In this document: positions 1-8,343 of the stretch, piece after piece
How positions within the stretch are numbered: position 1 is the first letter of the stretch
Layout of the letters: each line of letters starts with the position of its first letter
NCBI GenBank assembly: GCA_035510575.1
Contig: DATKGV010000004.1
Location: forward strand, 88,419 to 152,418
Source: Minisyncoccota bacterium
GTDB lineage: Bacteria; Patescibacteriota; Minisyncoccia; Phycocordibacterales; UBA9973
DNA length: 64,000 nt
Reading direction: 5' to 3'
The notes under the pieces: model-generated
Seen by the model: the letters and a program-made list of their open reading frames with translations, nothing else
Told to the model about the DNA's origin: nothing
Database searches by the model: none
Made by a program: the position numbers and the translations under genes

Positions 1-249
1 ATCATGATCATATACAACTACATTTCCTTCGGGTGGATATATTGATATAAGAATTTCTGTATGATTAGGTGCATCGCATTTTCTTTTAAATAACACTCGT
101 TCATTTCTCCAAGCTAAACGTCTTTGCATTCTGCATTCCGGGCAAAATGTCGGCGGAGGAACTTTTATTTTCTCATAAAAAGAAAAATCATCTGGCTCAA
201 TAATGAAGTCGTTTTTGCAGTTTTGGCAGGTTTTTGTTTGTGCTTCCAT
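1..249 (-). CDS. 5' part (83 codons, runs off window edge) of a Cys-rich zinc-ribbon protein, paralog of the 579-aa protein at 46082..47821
   Basis: Hand translation of the reverse complement gives MEAQTKTCQNCKNDFIIEPDDFSFYEKIKVPPPTFCPECRMQRRLAWRNERVLF..., about 70% identical over 50 aa to the N-terminus of the 46082..47821 protein. The DNA at 150..249 is about 85-90% identical to 47720..47821. The ATG is the reverse complement of 247..249 and the frame stays open to nt 1. The plus-strand ORFs in the track here are antisense shadows. Confidence 0.55.
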   Translation of the reverse strand, partial: MEAQTKTCQNCKNDFIIEPDDFSFYEKIKVPPPTFCPECRMQRRLAWRNERVLFKRKCDAPNHTEILISIYPPEGNVVVYDHD

Positions 250-313
250 ATCTATATACTACAACTATTCTTTTAAAAAACAATTGCAAAAATCCGCCTC
301 GGCTTTTTATTTA

Positions 314-3300
314 TTACGAATTATTAGCCAATTCTTCTTCAGTTTTTTCTTTTATTTTTCTTATTTTTTTGACGCCGAAGCCGGTACCTGCCGGAATCAG
401 ATTGCCAATAATGACATTTTCTTTGAGCCCGCGAAGATTATCAACTCCGCCGCGAATAGCGTTATTGATTAAGACACGATTAGTGTTTTGGAATGACGCA
501 GCAGAAAGCCATGACTTGGTTGTAAGCGAAACTTCAGTAATTCCAAGAACGATAGTTGAGGCCTCAGCTTTTTTGCCGTTTATAGCTTCCACGCGCTCAT
601 TCTCTTCAATAAGCTCTATCGCCTCGACTATTTCGCCGGGCGAGAATGTCGTATCTCCGGCATCTTTTATCTTTTTGCGCGAGAACATCTGGCGGATGAT
701 TATTTCAATATGCTTTCTGGAAATTGAGGCGCTTTGCAAATCATAAACTTTGTTTATTTCGCTCACGATATACTCTTCGGCTATTTCCTTGCCTCCATAT
801 TTGACAATATCATTGATATCGGCAGATCCGTCAGTAAGCAAGTCGCCTTTTTTAACCTTGCTTCCTTCTTTAACCAACGGCTGGCGCCTGAAGGCGACGA
901 CATATTCCATTTCGGATTTTTTAACGCCAGATTTTAACGTTGTTTGGGAAGACAAATCAGAAAGAACTTTTATAATTTTTTCCTTGCCATTATCCTTGAC
1001 TTCAATGACTTCGCCATCCGTAACAGAAATAACTGCCGGATTTTTAGGAACGCGCCTTTCAAATATTTCTTCAACGCGAGGAAGACCCGTGGTAATATCC
1101 ACAGTCGCCACGCCTCCGGCGTGGAATGTGCGGAGCGTCAGCTGAGTTCCCGGTTCGCCGATGGCTTGCGCGGCGATAATTCCGACGGCCTGCCCAAGCT
1201 CTATCATGCAGTTGCGTCCAAGATCAAGGCCGTAGCACATTCGGCAAATGCCATGGGTTGTTTCGCAAGAAAGCGGGGTTCTCACATGCGCTTCAGTAAT
1301 GCCCATCTTTTCAATCATTTTGGAATCTTCTTTCATAATTAGCGATCCCTTTTTAAATGCAACTTTGCCGCTCTTATCTTTGATATCGGCAAGCAAGACC
1401 CGCCCATGGACATACTTGGCTAATATTCCGCCAGTGGCGGTTATTTTTTTGCCATTTTTCGTGCCGCAATCTTCCTGCGTTATGACAACATCTTGAGCCA
1501 CATCCACCAAGCGTCGGGTAAGATATCCGGCCTTGGCGGTATTAAGAGCCGTGTCGGCAGCGCCTTTTCTGGAACCGTGAGTCGTAATGAAATATTCAAG
1601 AGGCGATAATCCTTCAATGTATGACGGAATAATCGGGAAATCAAGCGTTGCGCCGGAAGTATTGACAATCAAGCCCTTCATTCCGCACATTTGCACCAGA
1701 GAACCCATATTGCCGCGGGCGCCCGATGTGATAAGATCGTAAGTCGATCCTCTATTGTCCAATGTTTCAGGAATAATTTTTTCAATTTCCTTTTTCGCTT
1801 GCTCCCATATTTCGATCACTTTCTGATACTGTTCTTCCTCTGACAGAAGGCCTTCGCTGAATTGATCGCGGACAATTTCTTCTTCCTTGCGCGCCTTATT
1901 TACTATTGATGATTTGCCTTTCGGCACAGAAACATTATCAATGCCCCATGTCACTCCGGAATATGTGGCGTAATGATAGCCGAAGTCCTTTATTTTATCC
2001 AAGATTGAAGGCGTCGCATCGATGCTGTAGTGAACTATGAGCTCGTCAACAAGGAGCGACATGCGCTTGATGGTAATTTCTTCGTTTATAAATGGAAAAT
2101 CATCCGGGAAAATGCTGTTAAAGAACAATCGTCCGACAGTCGTCTCAAACGGCTTGCCTTCAAACTTTTTATATCTGGCTTTGTCGCTGCCAAGAACTTT
2201 TATCTTCGCTCTGAATGTTATTACTCCCAGATCAAACGCCGTTATAGCTTGATTTGGATTTGAAAATGCCATTCCCTCGCCTTTTTCTCCATCCATCAAT
2301 TTGGTCATCCAATAGCATCCAAGAACCATATCCATCTTAGGCATGACGATAGGAGTGCCGTCTTGGGGCTTGAGCAGATTTTTGTTTGATGCCATATAAT
2401 CATGAGCTTCTTTTTGAGCCATATCGGAAAGAGGCACATAGACAGCCATTTGGTCTCCGTCAAAGTCGGCATTGAAACCGGTGCATACTAGAGGATGAAC
2501 TTGAATAGCGTTGCCTTCGATAAGAATCGGATTGAAGGCCTGAATGCCCAAGCGGTGAAGCGTCGGAGCGCGATTGAGCAACACATATTTTCCTTTAATC
2601 ACTTCTTCAAGAATAGCCCAAACCTCCGGTATTCCTTCTTCAATCAGGCGATTGACGCCGCGAATATTGAAAGCCAGTTCTGTTTCAAGAACCTTGGCGA
2701 TGACGAACGGCCTGAAAAGTTCCAGCGCCATGTGCTTCGGCAGACCGCATTGATTGAGCTTGAGCTGAGGACCAACGACAATAACAGAACGGCCTGAATA
2801 ATCCACTCGCTTGCCGAGAAGATTCTGGCGGAACAGCCCTTGTTTTGATTTTAAATTATCTGAAAGGGATTTTAATGCGCGCTTCTGCGATGCGGATACG
2901 GCATGGGAATCATTCTGCTTGGCTATTGAATTGTCTATCAGCGCATCCACGGCTTCCTGCAAAATTCTTTTTTCATTGCGAAGAATAACGTCCGGCGCGC
3001 CTATTTCTTTCAATTTCTTCAAGCGATTATTTCGGTTGATGACTCGGCGATACAAATCATTCAGATCGGAAGTTGCGTGGCGTCCGCCGTCCAGCGCCAC
3101 CATCGGGCGGAGAGCCGGAGGAATGACCGGAATTACAGTCAAGAACATCCACTCGGGGCGGATGCCTGAAGCAATCATTGATCTTATTAAAGAAAGCCGT
3201 TTCTCGAGCTTCTCTTTTTCTAGGCTTGAGGCCTTCCCAAGCATGGCAAGGGTCTCGGTTCTTGTTTTCTCTAAATCGATATTCTTGAAAAGAGAATATA

Positions 3301-3952
3301 TCGCTTCAGCTCCTATATTCGCCTCGAAACAGCTTCCATATTTGAGTCCGAAATGATGATAAGCGATTTCATTAAGCACTTTTCCCAAGGTAATGTCGTT
3401 TATTTCCCTCTTGGTATTAGTCAAGAGTTCTTTTAATTTCTCTTTTTCTTCGTCATTGCTTGCGCTCTTTATTTTGGCTTTGAATTCGCTTTCAAGATTC
3501 TTGATTATTTTTTCTTTTTCCTCACTATAAACGTTTGTAATTATATATCCGGCAAAATATATGACCTTTTCAAGATCATTGACCGGTATATTCAAAAGGA
3601 CGGACATTCTGGAAGGAACCCCGCGCAAGAACCAAATATGGGCTACTGGGCTTGCCAATTCTATGTGGCCCATGCGATCGCGCCTGACTATCGAGCGAGT
3701 AACTTCAACTCCGCATTTTTCGCAGATGATGTCCTTGTAGCGTATGCGTCGGTATTTTCCGCAATAACATTCATAGTCCTTTTCAGGGCCGAATATGCGC
3801 TCATCAAAAAGCCCGTTGCGCTCGCTGCGGCCGGTTCGATAATTAATGGTCTCGGGCTTGGTAACCTCGCCATACGACCATTCGCGTATGCGTTCAGGGC
3901 TGGCCAGCTTGAGCGATATTGAATCAAAATTTGTTGTATCAATTGTTTTCAT
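314..3952 (-). CDS. rpoC: DNA-directed RNA polymerase subunit beta-prime
   Basis: The 1234-aa ORF carries rpoC hallmarks (ASPERIREWSYGEVTKPETINYRT, NADFDGDQMAV). The start was moved to the internal Met MKTIDTT (ATG rc of 3950..3952). The upstream 22 codons translate the rpoB-rpoC palindrome and overlap the rpoB stop. Confidence 0.95.
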   Translation of the reverse strand: MKTIDTTNFDSISLKLASPERIREWSYGEVTKPETINYRTGRSERNGLFDERIFGPEKDYECYCGKYRRIRYKDIICEKCGVEVTRSIVRRDRMGHIELASPVAHIWFLRGVPSRMSVLLNIPVNDLEKVIYFAGYIITNVYSEEKEKIIKNLESEFKAKIKSASNDEEKEKLKELLTNTKREINDITLGKVLNEIAYHHFGLKYGSCFEANIGAEAIYSLFKNIDLEKTRTETLAMLGKASSLEKEKLEKRLSLIRSMIASGIRPEWMFLTVIPVIPPALRPMVALDGGRHATSDLNDLYRRVINRNNRLKKLKEIGAPDVILRNEKRILQEAVDALIDNSIAKQNDSHAVSASQKRALKSLSDNLKSKQGLFRQNLLGKRVDYSGRSVIVVGPQLKLNQCGLPKHMALELFRPFVIAKVLETELAFNIRGVNRLIEEGIPEVWAILEEVIKGKYVLLNRAPTLHRLGIQAFNPILIEGNAIQVHPLVCTGFNADFDGDQMAVYVPLSDMAQKEAHDYMASNKNLLKPQDGTPIVMPKMDMVLGCYWMTKLMDGEKGEGMAFSNPNQAITAFDLGVITFRAKIKVLGSDKARYKKFEGKPFETTVGRLFFNSIFPDDFPFINEEITIKRMSLLVDELIVHYSIDATPSILDKIKDFGYHYATYSGVTWGIDNVSVPKGKSSIVNKARKEEEIVRDQFSEGLLSEEEQYQKVIEIWEQAKKEIEKIIPETLDNRGSTYDLITSGARGNMGSLVQMCGMKGLIVNTSGATLDFPIIPSYIEGLSPLEYFITTHGSRKGAADTALNTAKAGYLTRRLVDVAQDVVITQEDCGTKNGKKITATGGILAKYVHGRVLLADIKDKSGKVAFKKGSLIMKEDSKMIEKMGITEAHVRTPLSCETTHGICRMCYGLDLGRNCMIELGQAVGIIAAQAIGEPGTQLTLRTFHAGGVATVDITTGLPRVEEIFERRVPKNPAVISVTDGEVIEVKDNGKEKIIKVLSDLSSQTTLKSGVKKSEMEYVVAFRRQPLVKEGSKVKKGDLLTDGSADINDIVKYGGKEIAEEYIVSEINKVYDLQSASISRKHIEIIIRQMFSRKKIKDAGDTTFSPGEIVEAIELIEENERVEAINGKKAEASTIVLGITEVSLTTKSWLSAASFQNTNRVLINNAIRGGVDNLRGLKENVIIGNLIPAGTGFGVKKIRKIKEKTEEELANNS

Positions 3953-3965
3953 ATTGTTATTTGTT

Positions 3966-4007
3966 CCACATGTCGGACTTGTGGCTAGCCACAAGTCCGA
4001 CATGTGG
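3966..4007. repeat. 42-nt perfect palindrome CCACATGTCGGACTTGTGGCTAGCCACAAGTCCGACATGTGG in the rpoB-rpoC intergenic space
   Basis: The reverse complement, computed by hand, equals the sequence. It lies exactly between the rpoB stop (4018..4020) and the rpoC start (3952). Confidence 0.9.
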
Positions 4008-4017
4008 TCTTTTTCCA

Positions 4018-7000
4018 TTAATCATTCCGACTTCTTTTAAGATCAACATCGAGAGCCAGGCCTCGGAGATAATTCAGCAATACATTAAATGATGCCGGTA
4101 TATTCGGTTCTCCGATCGGCTGACCTTTAATAATGGCGTCAAAAGTCGCGGAGCGCCCCATGATATCGTCGGACTTGATAGTCAGCATTTCGCGAAGCGT
4201 ATAAGCGGCGCCGTGGCCTTCCAGAGCCCAGACCTCCATCTCGCCGAATCTTTGTCCGCCGCCTTGGGCCTTGCCGCCGAGCGGTTGCTGAGTAATAAGA
4301 GAGTAAGGGCCTATAGAACGCATATGCAGCTTGTCTTCAACCATGTGATGAAGCTTAAGCATGTACATATAGCCGATAGCGATATCTTGATTGAAAGCGT
4401 CTCCGGTGCGTCCGTCATACAGAGTCACTTTGCCGCTTTCGGGCAGCCCCGCTTTTACAAGTTCGGCTTTGATTTCCGGCACAGTCGCGGACGAGAAAGG
4501 AGGAATAATAGCTTGGTAGCCGAGAGTATGAGCGGCGTAGCCCAAATGCATTTCAAGAATCTGCCCCAAGTTCATGCGGGAAGGCACGCCGAGAGGCGTA
4601 AGAATTATGTCAATAGGAGTGCCATCCGCCATAAACGGCATTTCTTCTTCAGGCAGGATAATGGATATGACTCCTTTGTTTCCATGACGGCCGGCAAGCT
4701 TGTCGCCGACTGAAATATTTCTGACTTGGGCTATTTCAACAACTATCTTTTTGATAATGCCGGATTCAAGATTATGTCCTTGGTCGCGCGAGAAAATTTT
4801 CACTCCGACGACGCGTCCGCGCTTGCCATGCTCCAAGCGGAGCGATGTGTCTTTGACGTCGCGAGCTTTCTCGGTAAAAATAGATCGGAGCAAGCGCTCT
4901 TCCGGCGTAAGTTCGGTCTCGCCCTTAGGAGTAATTTTGCCGACAAGAATATCATTTTCTCCGACTTCGGCGCCGATAATCACTATTCCATCTTCGTCCA
5001 AATCCTTTAATTTATTCTCGCCGACATTCGGTATGTCGCGAGTGGTAATTTCAGGTCCGAGCTTCGTATCGCGAACGCTGCAGATGAATTCTGTAATATA
5101 AATGCTGGTAAATTTGCTTTGTTTAACTAACCTCTCGGATAATATGATGGCATCCTCATAGTTGGCGCCGCCCCACGACATGAATGCGACAAGAACATTC
5201 TGGCCGAGAGCTATCTGGCCGTTGCAGGTAGTGCTGGTATCGGCAAGAACCTCGCCTTTTTTGACGTGATCTTGGAGCGACACGCTCGGACGCTGATGAA
5301 AGATAGAAAAGTTGTTAGTGCGGGAGAAAGTGATAAGCGGATAAACGTGTTCTTTGCCTTTATCGTCTTTGACAATTATTTTTTTGGCATCGACATAAAT
5401 GACTGTTCCGCTTGTCTCTGAAATAATCAATCGTCCGGAATCGCGGCTGGCCGACTCTTCTATGCCGGTTGCAACCAGAGGAGCTTCGGGAATAACGCAT
5501 GGCAGCGCCTGCTTCTGCATGTTGCTTCCCATTAATGTTCTGTGAGCATCATCATGTTCTAGGAATGGAATCATCGAAGTAGCCACCGAAAAGGCCTGAT
5601 TGGTAGCTACGTCTATGTAGTCAATTTCACTGCGAGAAACCATTCCTGGATTGGTCTTGATGCGGGCTTCGACTCTGTCTTCTATAATATTGCCTTTTTC
5701 GTCATAATCAGTGCCGGCATGAGCAATATTGAATTTTTCTTCTTCAAGCGCATTCAAATAAACCACTTCATTGGTGATTTTTCCGTTCTTTACTTTTATA
5801 TACGGCGTTTCAATAATGCCAAATTCATTTATTTTGGCGTATGTTGAAAGGTGCAAGATAAGGCCGATATTCGGACCTTCAGGCGTATGAATAGGACATA
5901 CTCTGCCGTAGTGGGACGTGTGCACATCGCGAACTTCAAGTCCGGCGCGTTCGCGCGTCAATCCGCCTGGACCAAGCGCCGAGAGCGTTCGTAAGTGCTC
6001 AATTTCAGCCAGGACATTTTCCTGATTCATGAATTGCGAAAGTTGATTGGCGGTGAAAAATTCTTTTATGCGGGCTTGGAGCGGGCGCTGATTTATGATT
6101 TGAATTGGCATTGTCGTCCCAACATCAATAGTCGACATGCGGTCCTGAATATTTCGCTTTATCTGAGCCATGCCCATGCGTATTTTCTGCTGGAACATCT
6201 CGCCTATATAGCGCACTCGGCGCTGTCCTAAGTGATCGATATCATCGGCTTTGGCATTCAAAGTATTATTGAGCTCGACTATGTTTGAAATAATAGCTAC
6301 TATATCGTCAGCAGATATTGTGCGGCGTTCCATTTCCTTGTCATCCATGCTTTTGCCGAAACGCTTGTTAAAACGGAATCGGCCGACGGGAGAAAGATCA
6401 TAGCGCTCCCCTGAAAGCAAAGTATTTATGAATTCGCGGGCATTTTCGCCGGTCGCTAAATCGCCGTCCCTGAGGCGCTTGTATATCTCTATGAATGAAT
6501 CAGAAACAGTTTTGGCGGGGTCCTTTTCAATGCAGACCTTTATGACTTTTTCATCCAATTCGTTCCCGCCTGCTCCCGAACCTTCGTGAGGGCGGGCAGG
6601 TTTGCTGAATGCTTTCATTAGGCCTTCATTGGTCGCCAGTCCTAATACGCGAAGAAGGGACGCGATGGAAAATTTTCTTTTCTTGTCTATGCGGACATAG
6701 ATGCAGCCGTCCGGGTCGGATTCTATCTCGATCCAAACGCCTCGCGCCGGAATAATTTTCGCTCCGAAATAGCGCTTGCCTTTTATTTCTTGGTCGGTAA
6801 AAAATACGCCGAATGATCTGGTCAGCTGGGGAACAATAACGCGCTCTACCCCGTTGATTATGAAAGTGCCATGCTTGGTCATTAGCGGCACGTCAGCCAT
6901 GAATATTTCCTGCTCTTTGGAAATTCCCATGCTTTTATTAAGAAGCTTGACTCGCGCTTTGAGAGATCCTTCATAAGTCAGCTTGTTGATCTTTGAGTAT

Positions 7001-7227
7001 TCCTCGTCGAATTTCGGCTCGCCTAATGAGAATGAAGTGAAATCAAGCTGAAATTTCTTGTCGGAATAATCATTGATCGGGGAAAATTCTTTGAAAACTT
7101 CCGACAGGCCTTTTTCCACCAGCCAGTTGAAAGAAACCAGCTGATTTTCAATCAGATTAGGAAATGACACTAACGGCTTCTTATATCTGGCAAAATATTT
7201 CTTCTCTCGTTCAGCTGTTTTTTTCAT
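4018..7227 (-). CDS. rpoB: DNA-directed RNA polymerase subunit beta
   Basis: The 1081-aa ORF has conserved rpoB blocks (GPGGLTRERAGLEVRDVH, NMQKQALP, the GEMEVWALE region). The start was placed at MKKTAEREKK (ATG rc 7225..7227), which aligns with canonical rpoB N-termini. Confidence 0.95.
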   Translation of the reverse strand: MKKTAEREKKYFARYKKPLVSFPNLIENQLVSFNWLVEKGLSEVFKEFSPINDYSDKKFQLDFTSFSLGEPKFDEEYSKINKLTYEGSLKARVKLLNKSMGISKEQEIFMADVPLMTKHGTFIINGVERVIVPQLTRSFGVFFTDQEIKGKRYFGAKIIPARGVWIEIESDPDGCIYVRIDKKRKFSIASLLRVLGLATNEGLMKAFSKPARPHEGSGAGGNELDEKVIKVCIEKDPAKTVSDSFIEIYKRLRDGDLATGENAREFINTLLSGERYDLSPVGRFRFNKRFGKSMDDKEMERRTISADDIVAIISNIVELNNTLNAKADDIDHLGQRRVRYIGEMFQQKIRMGMAQIKRNIQDRMSTIDVGTTMPIQIINQRPLQARIKEFFTANQLSQFMNQENVLAEIEHLRTLSALGPGGLTRERAGLEVRDVHTSHYGRVCPIHTPEGPNIGLILHLSTYAKINEFGIIETPYIKVKNGKITNEVVYLNALEEEKFNIAHAGTDYDEKGNIIEDRVEARIKTNPGMVSRSEIDYIDVATNQAFSVATSMIPFLEHDDAHRTLMGSNMQKQALPCVIPEAPLVATGIEESASRDSGRLIISETSGTVIYVDAKKIIVKDDKGKEHVYPLITFSRTNNFSIFHQRPSVSLQDHVKKGEVLADTSTTCNGQIALGQNVLVAFMSWGGANYEDAIILSERLVKQSKFTSIYITEFICSVRDTKLGPEITTRDIPNVGENKLKDLDEDGIVIIGAEVGENDILVGKITPKGETELTPEERLLRSIFTEKARDVKDTSLRLEHGKRGRVVGVKIFSRDQGHNLESGIIKKIVVEIAQVRNISVGDKLAGRHGNKGVISIILPEEEMPFMADGTPIDIILTPLGVPSRMNLGQILEMHLGYAAHTLGYQAIIPPFSSATVPEIKAELVKAGLPESGKVTLYDGRTGDAFNQDIAIGYMYMLKLHHMVEDKLHMRSIGPYSLITQQPLGGKAQGGGQRFGEMEVWALEGHGAAYTLREMLTIKSDDIMGRSATFDAIIKGQPIGEPNIPASFNVLLNYLRGLALDVDLKRSRND

Positions 7228-7450
7228 ATAAAAAGAAAAACAAAAAAACACCAAGGCGACCAAACCTGTGCGTTATTATTTATTTATAATTGGCAGTGAT
7301 ATTGTTTTTAAGCACAAAAAATGCCTGCTACCCGCTTACAAAACTTATTAAATTAGTGCGATTGATGCCATAACTCAATCTAGTCAATCTGGGTCTGAGT
7401 ATACAGAAAAATAATTCTTTGTCAAGAAAGTTATCAACAGCATCATCGAA

Positions 7451-7540
7451 TTCCTCCTCCCCTGCGAAGGGGAGGATTAAGGAGGGGTGAATTAATTAAT
7501 GCACCCCCTCTGCCCTTTCGGGCATCTCCTTACAGGAGCA
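7451..7540 (-). promoter_or_regulatory. Cluster of four consecutive GC-rich hairpins in the rpoB 5' leader / RAYT 3' region (candidate structured RNA)
   Basis: Stems: CCTCCCC-TGCGAA-GGGGAGG, GGAGGGGTG-N11-CACCCCCTC, TGCCC-TTTC-GGGCA and CTCCT-TAC-AGGAG. On the minus strand the loops read GAAA and UUCGCA. A GGAGG segment is shared between alternative stems. The surrounding DNA is AT-rich. Confidence 0.3.
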
Positions 7541-7561
7541 GTACACCTTTTGGATACTTGG

Positions 7562-7588
7562 AGTAAGCTAGGACAGTCCTAGCTTACT
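7562..7588. repeat. REP-like palindrome AGTAAGCTAGGACAGTCCTAGCTTACT (core AAGCTAGGACAGTCCTAGCTT)
   Basis: Near-perfect palindrome with an unpaired centre base. It overlaps the last codons and the TAG stop of the RAYT gene. Confidence 0.85.
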
Positions 7589-8259
7589 GAAGTGAAATAA
7601 TTTTCAACAAATTTTTGGAATGACTGCTTTAATTGAAAATAATCTGGAAATGCTACTTTATTTAAAATATTACCTTCCACTCTATCGAGACCAAGATAAT
7701 CAAAATAACTTGAATAATTATATGATTCAAGAAAATCTTTCATTGCTTTATTGTCAACATTTTTATTCTTATCCTGTTTTTCCCAACCAGAAAACTTTAT
7801 ATCAAATACATTTAGATGGATATATGCAAAAAGTTGTCGCATATAATTATCATCTGTTTTTATACATTTTGATTTAAAAGGCCCACCGAATAAAGCACCT
7901 TGTCTTTGATATTTTATATTGAAGAACATTGAATATCCTGTACCTAATTTTTTCATAAATTTAGTAATACCACTATCTATTTCCTGTCTAACCAAAATAT
8001 GAAAATGGTTTGCCATAAGACACCATGCGCCAATTGAAACAAGCGGTTTACCCTTATCTAAAATCATAACTTCAAAAAAAGACTTTTTTTGTTGATTTAT
8101 AAGATTATTTAATTTAAATTCCTCCTGAGAATTTGAAATATAAATAAGCATAATAAATCTTTCAAAATCATATTTTGATTTGAAAATAATTCTTTTATCT
8201 ATACCACGATTGTACAAATGATAATATTCGCCAGTGATAAATGGATCTTTTCGCAACAT
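7579..8259 (-). CDS. HUH-family Y1 transposase (RAYT / IS200-like TnpA)
   Basis: Motifs: YHLYNRG N-terminal block, HUH motif NHFHILV, and the catalytic Tyr block YIHLN (compare YIYINP in E. coli RAYT). Confidence 0.75.
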   Translation of the reverse strand: MLRKDPFITGEYYHLYNRGIDKRIIFKSKYDFERFIMLIYISNSQEEFKLNNLINQQKKSFFEVMILDKGKPLVSIGAWCLMANHFHILVRQEIDSGITKFMKKLGTGYSMFFNIKYQRQGALFGGPFKSKCIKTDDNYMRQLFAYIHLNVFDIKFSGWEKQDKNKNVDNKAMKDFLESYNYSSYFDYLGLDRVEGNILNKVAFPDYFQLKQSFQKFVENYFTSVS

Positions 8260-8268
8260 GTCTTGTAT

Positions 8269-8309
8269 TATATACCATAAGCTAGGACAGTCCTAGCTTA
8301 TGGTATATA
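8269..8309. repeat. REP-like palindrome TATATACCATAAGCTAGGACAGTCCTAGCTTATGGTATATA
   Basis: 41-nt near-perfect palindrome 10 nt upstream of the RAYT start. It shares the 21-nt core with 7562..7588. Confidence 0.85.
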
Positions 8310-8343
8310 GAGTTAGAGAAAGATGAATTGATGAGAAATTAAA

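Larger units (their letters stand above)
7562..8309 (-). mobile_element. REPtron / IS200-like unit: Y1 HUH transposase gene bracketed by cognate palindromes
   Basis: The same 21-nt palindromic core occurs at both ends of a roughly 750-bp unit that encodes only a HUH-Y1 protein. Confidence 0.5.

Noticed and set aside
203-1145. Plus-strand ORFs 203..472, 234..746, 734..937 and 750..1145
   Set aside because: They lie antisense to the Cys-rich paralog and to rpoC. They have low-complexity translations and no motifs, so they are shadow ORFs.
4213-5101. Plus-strand ORFs inside rpoB (4213..4713, 4700..5101 and others) and inside rpoC
   Set aside because: They are antisense to strongly supported core genes, Ser/Arg-rich and without motifs.
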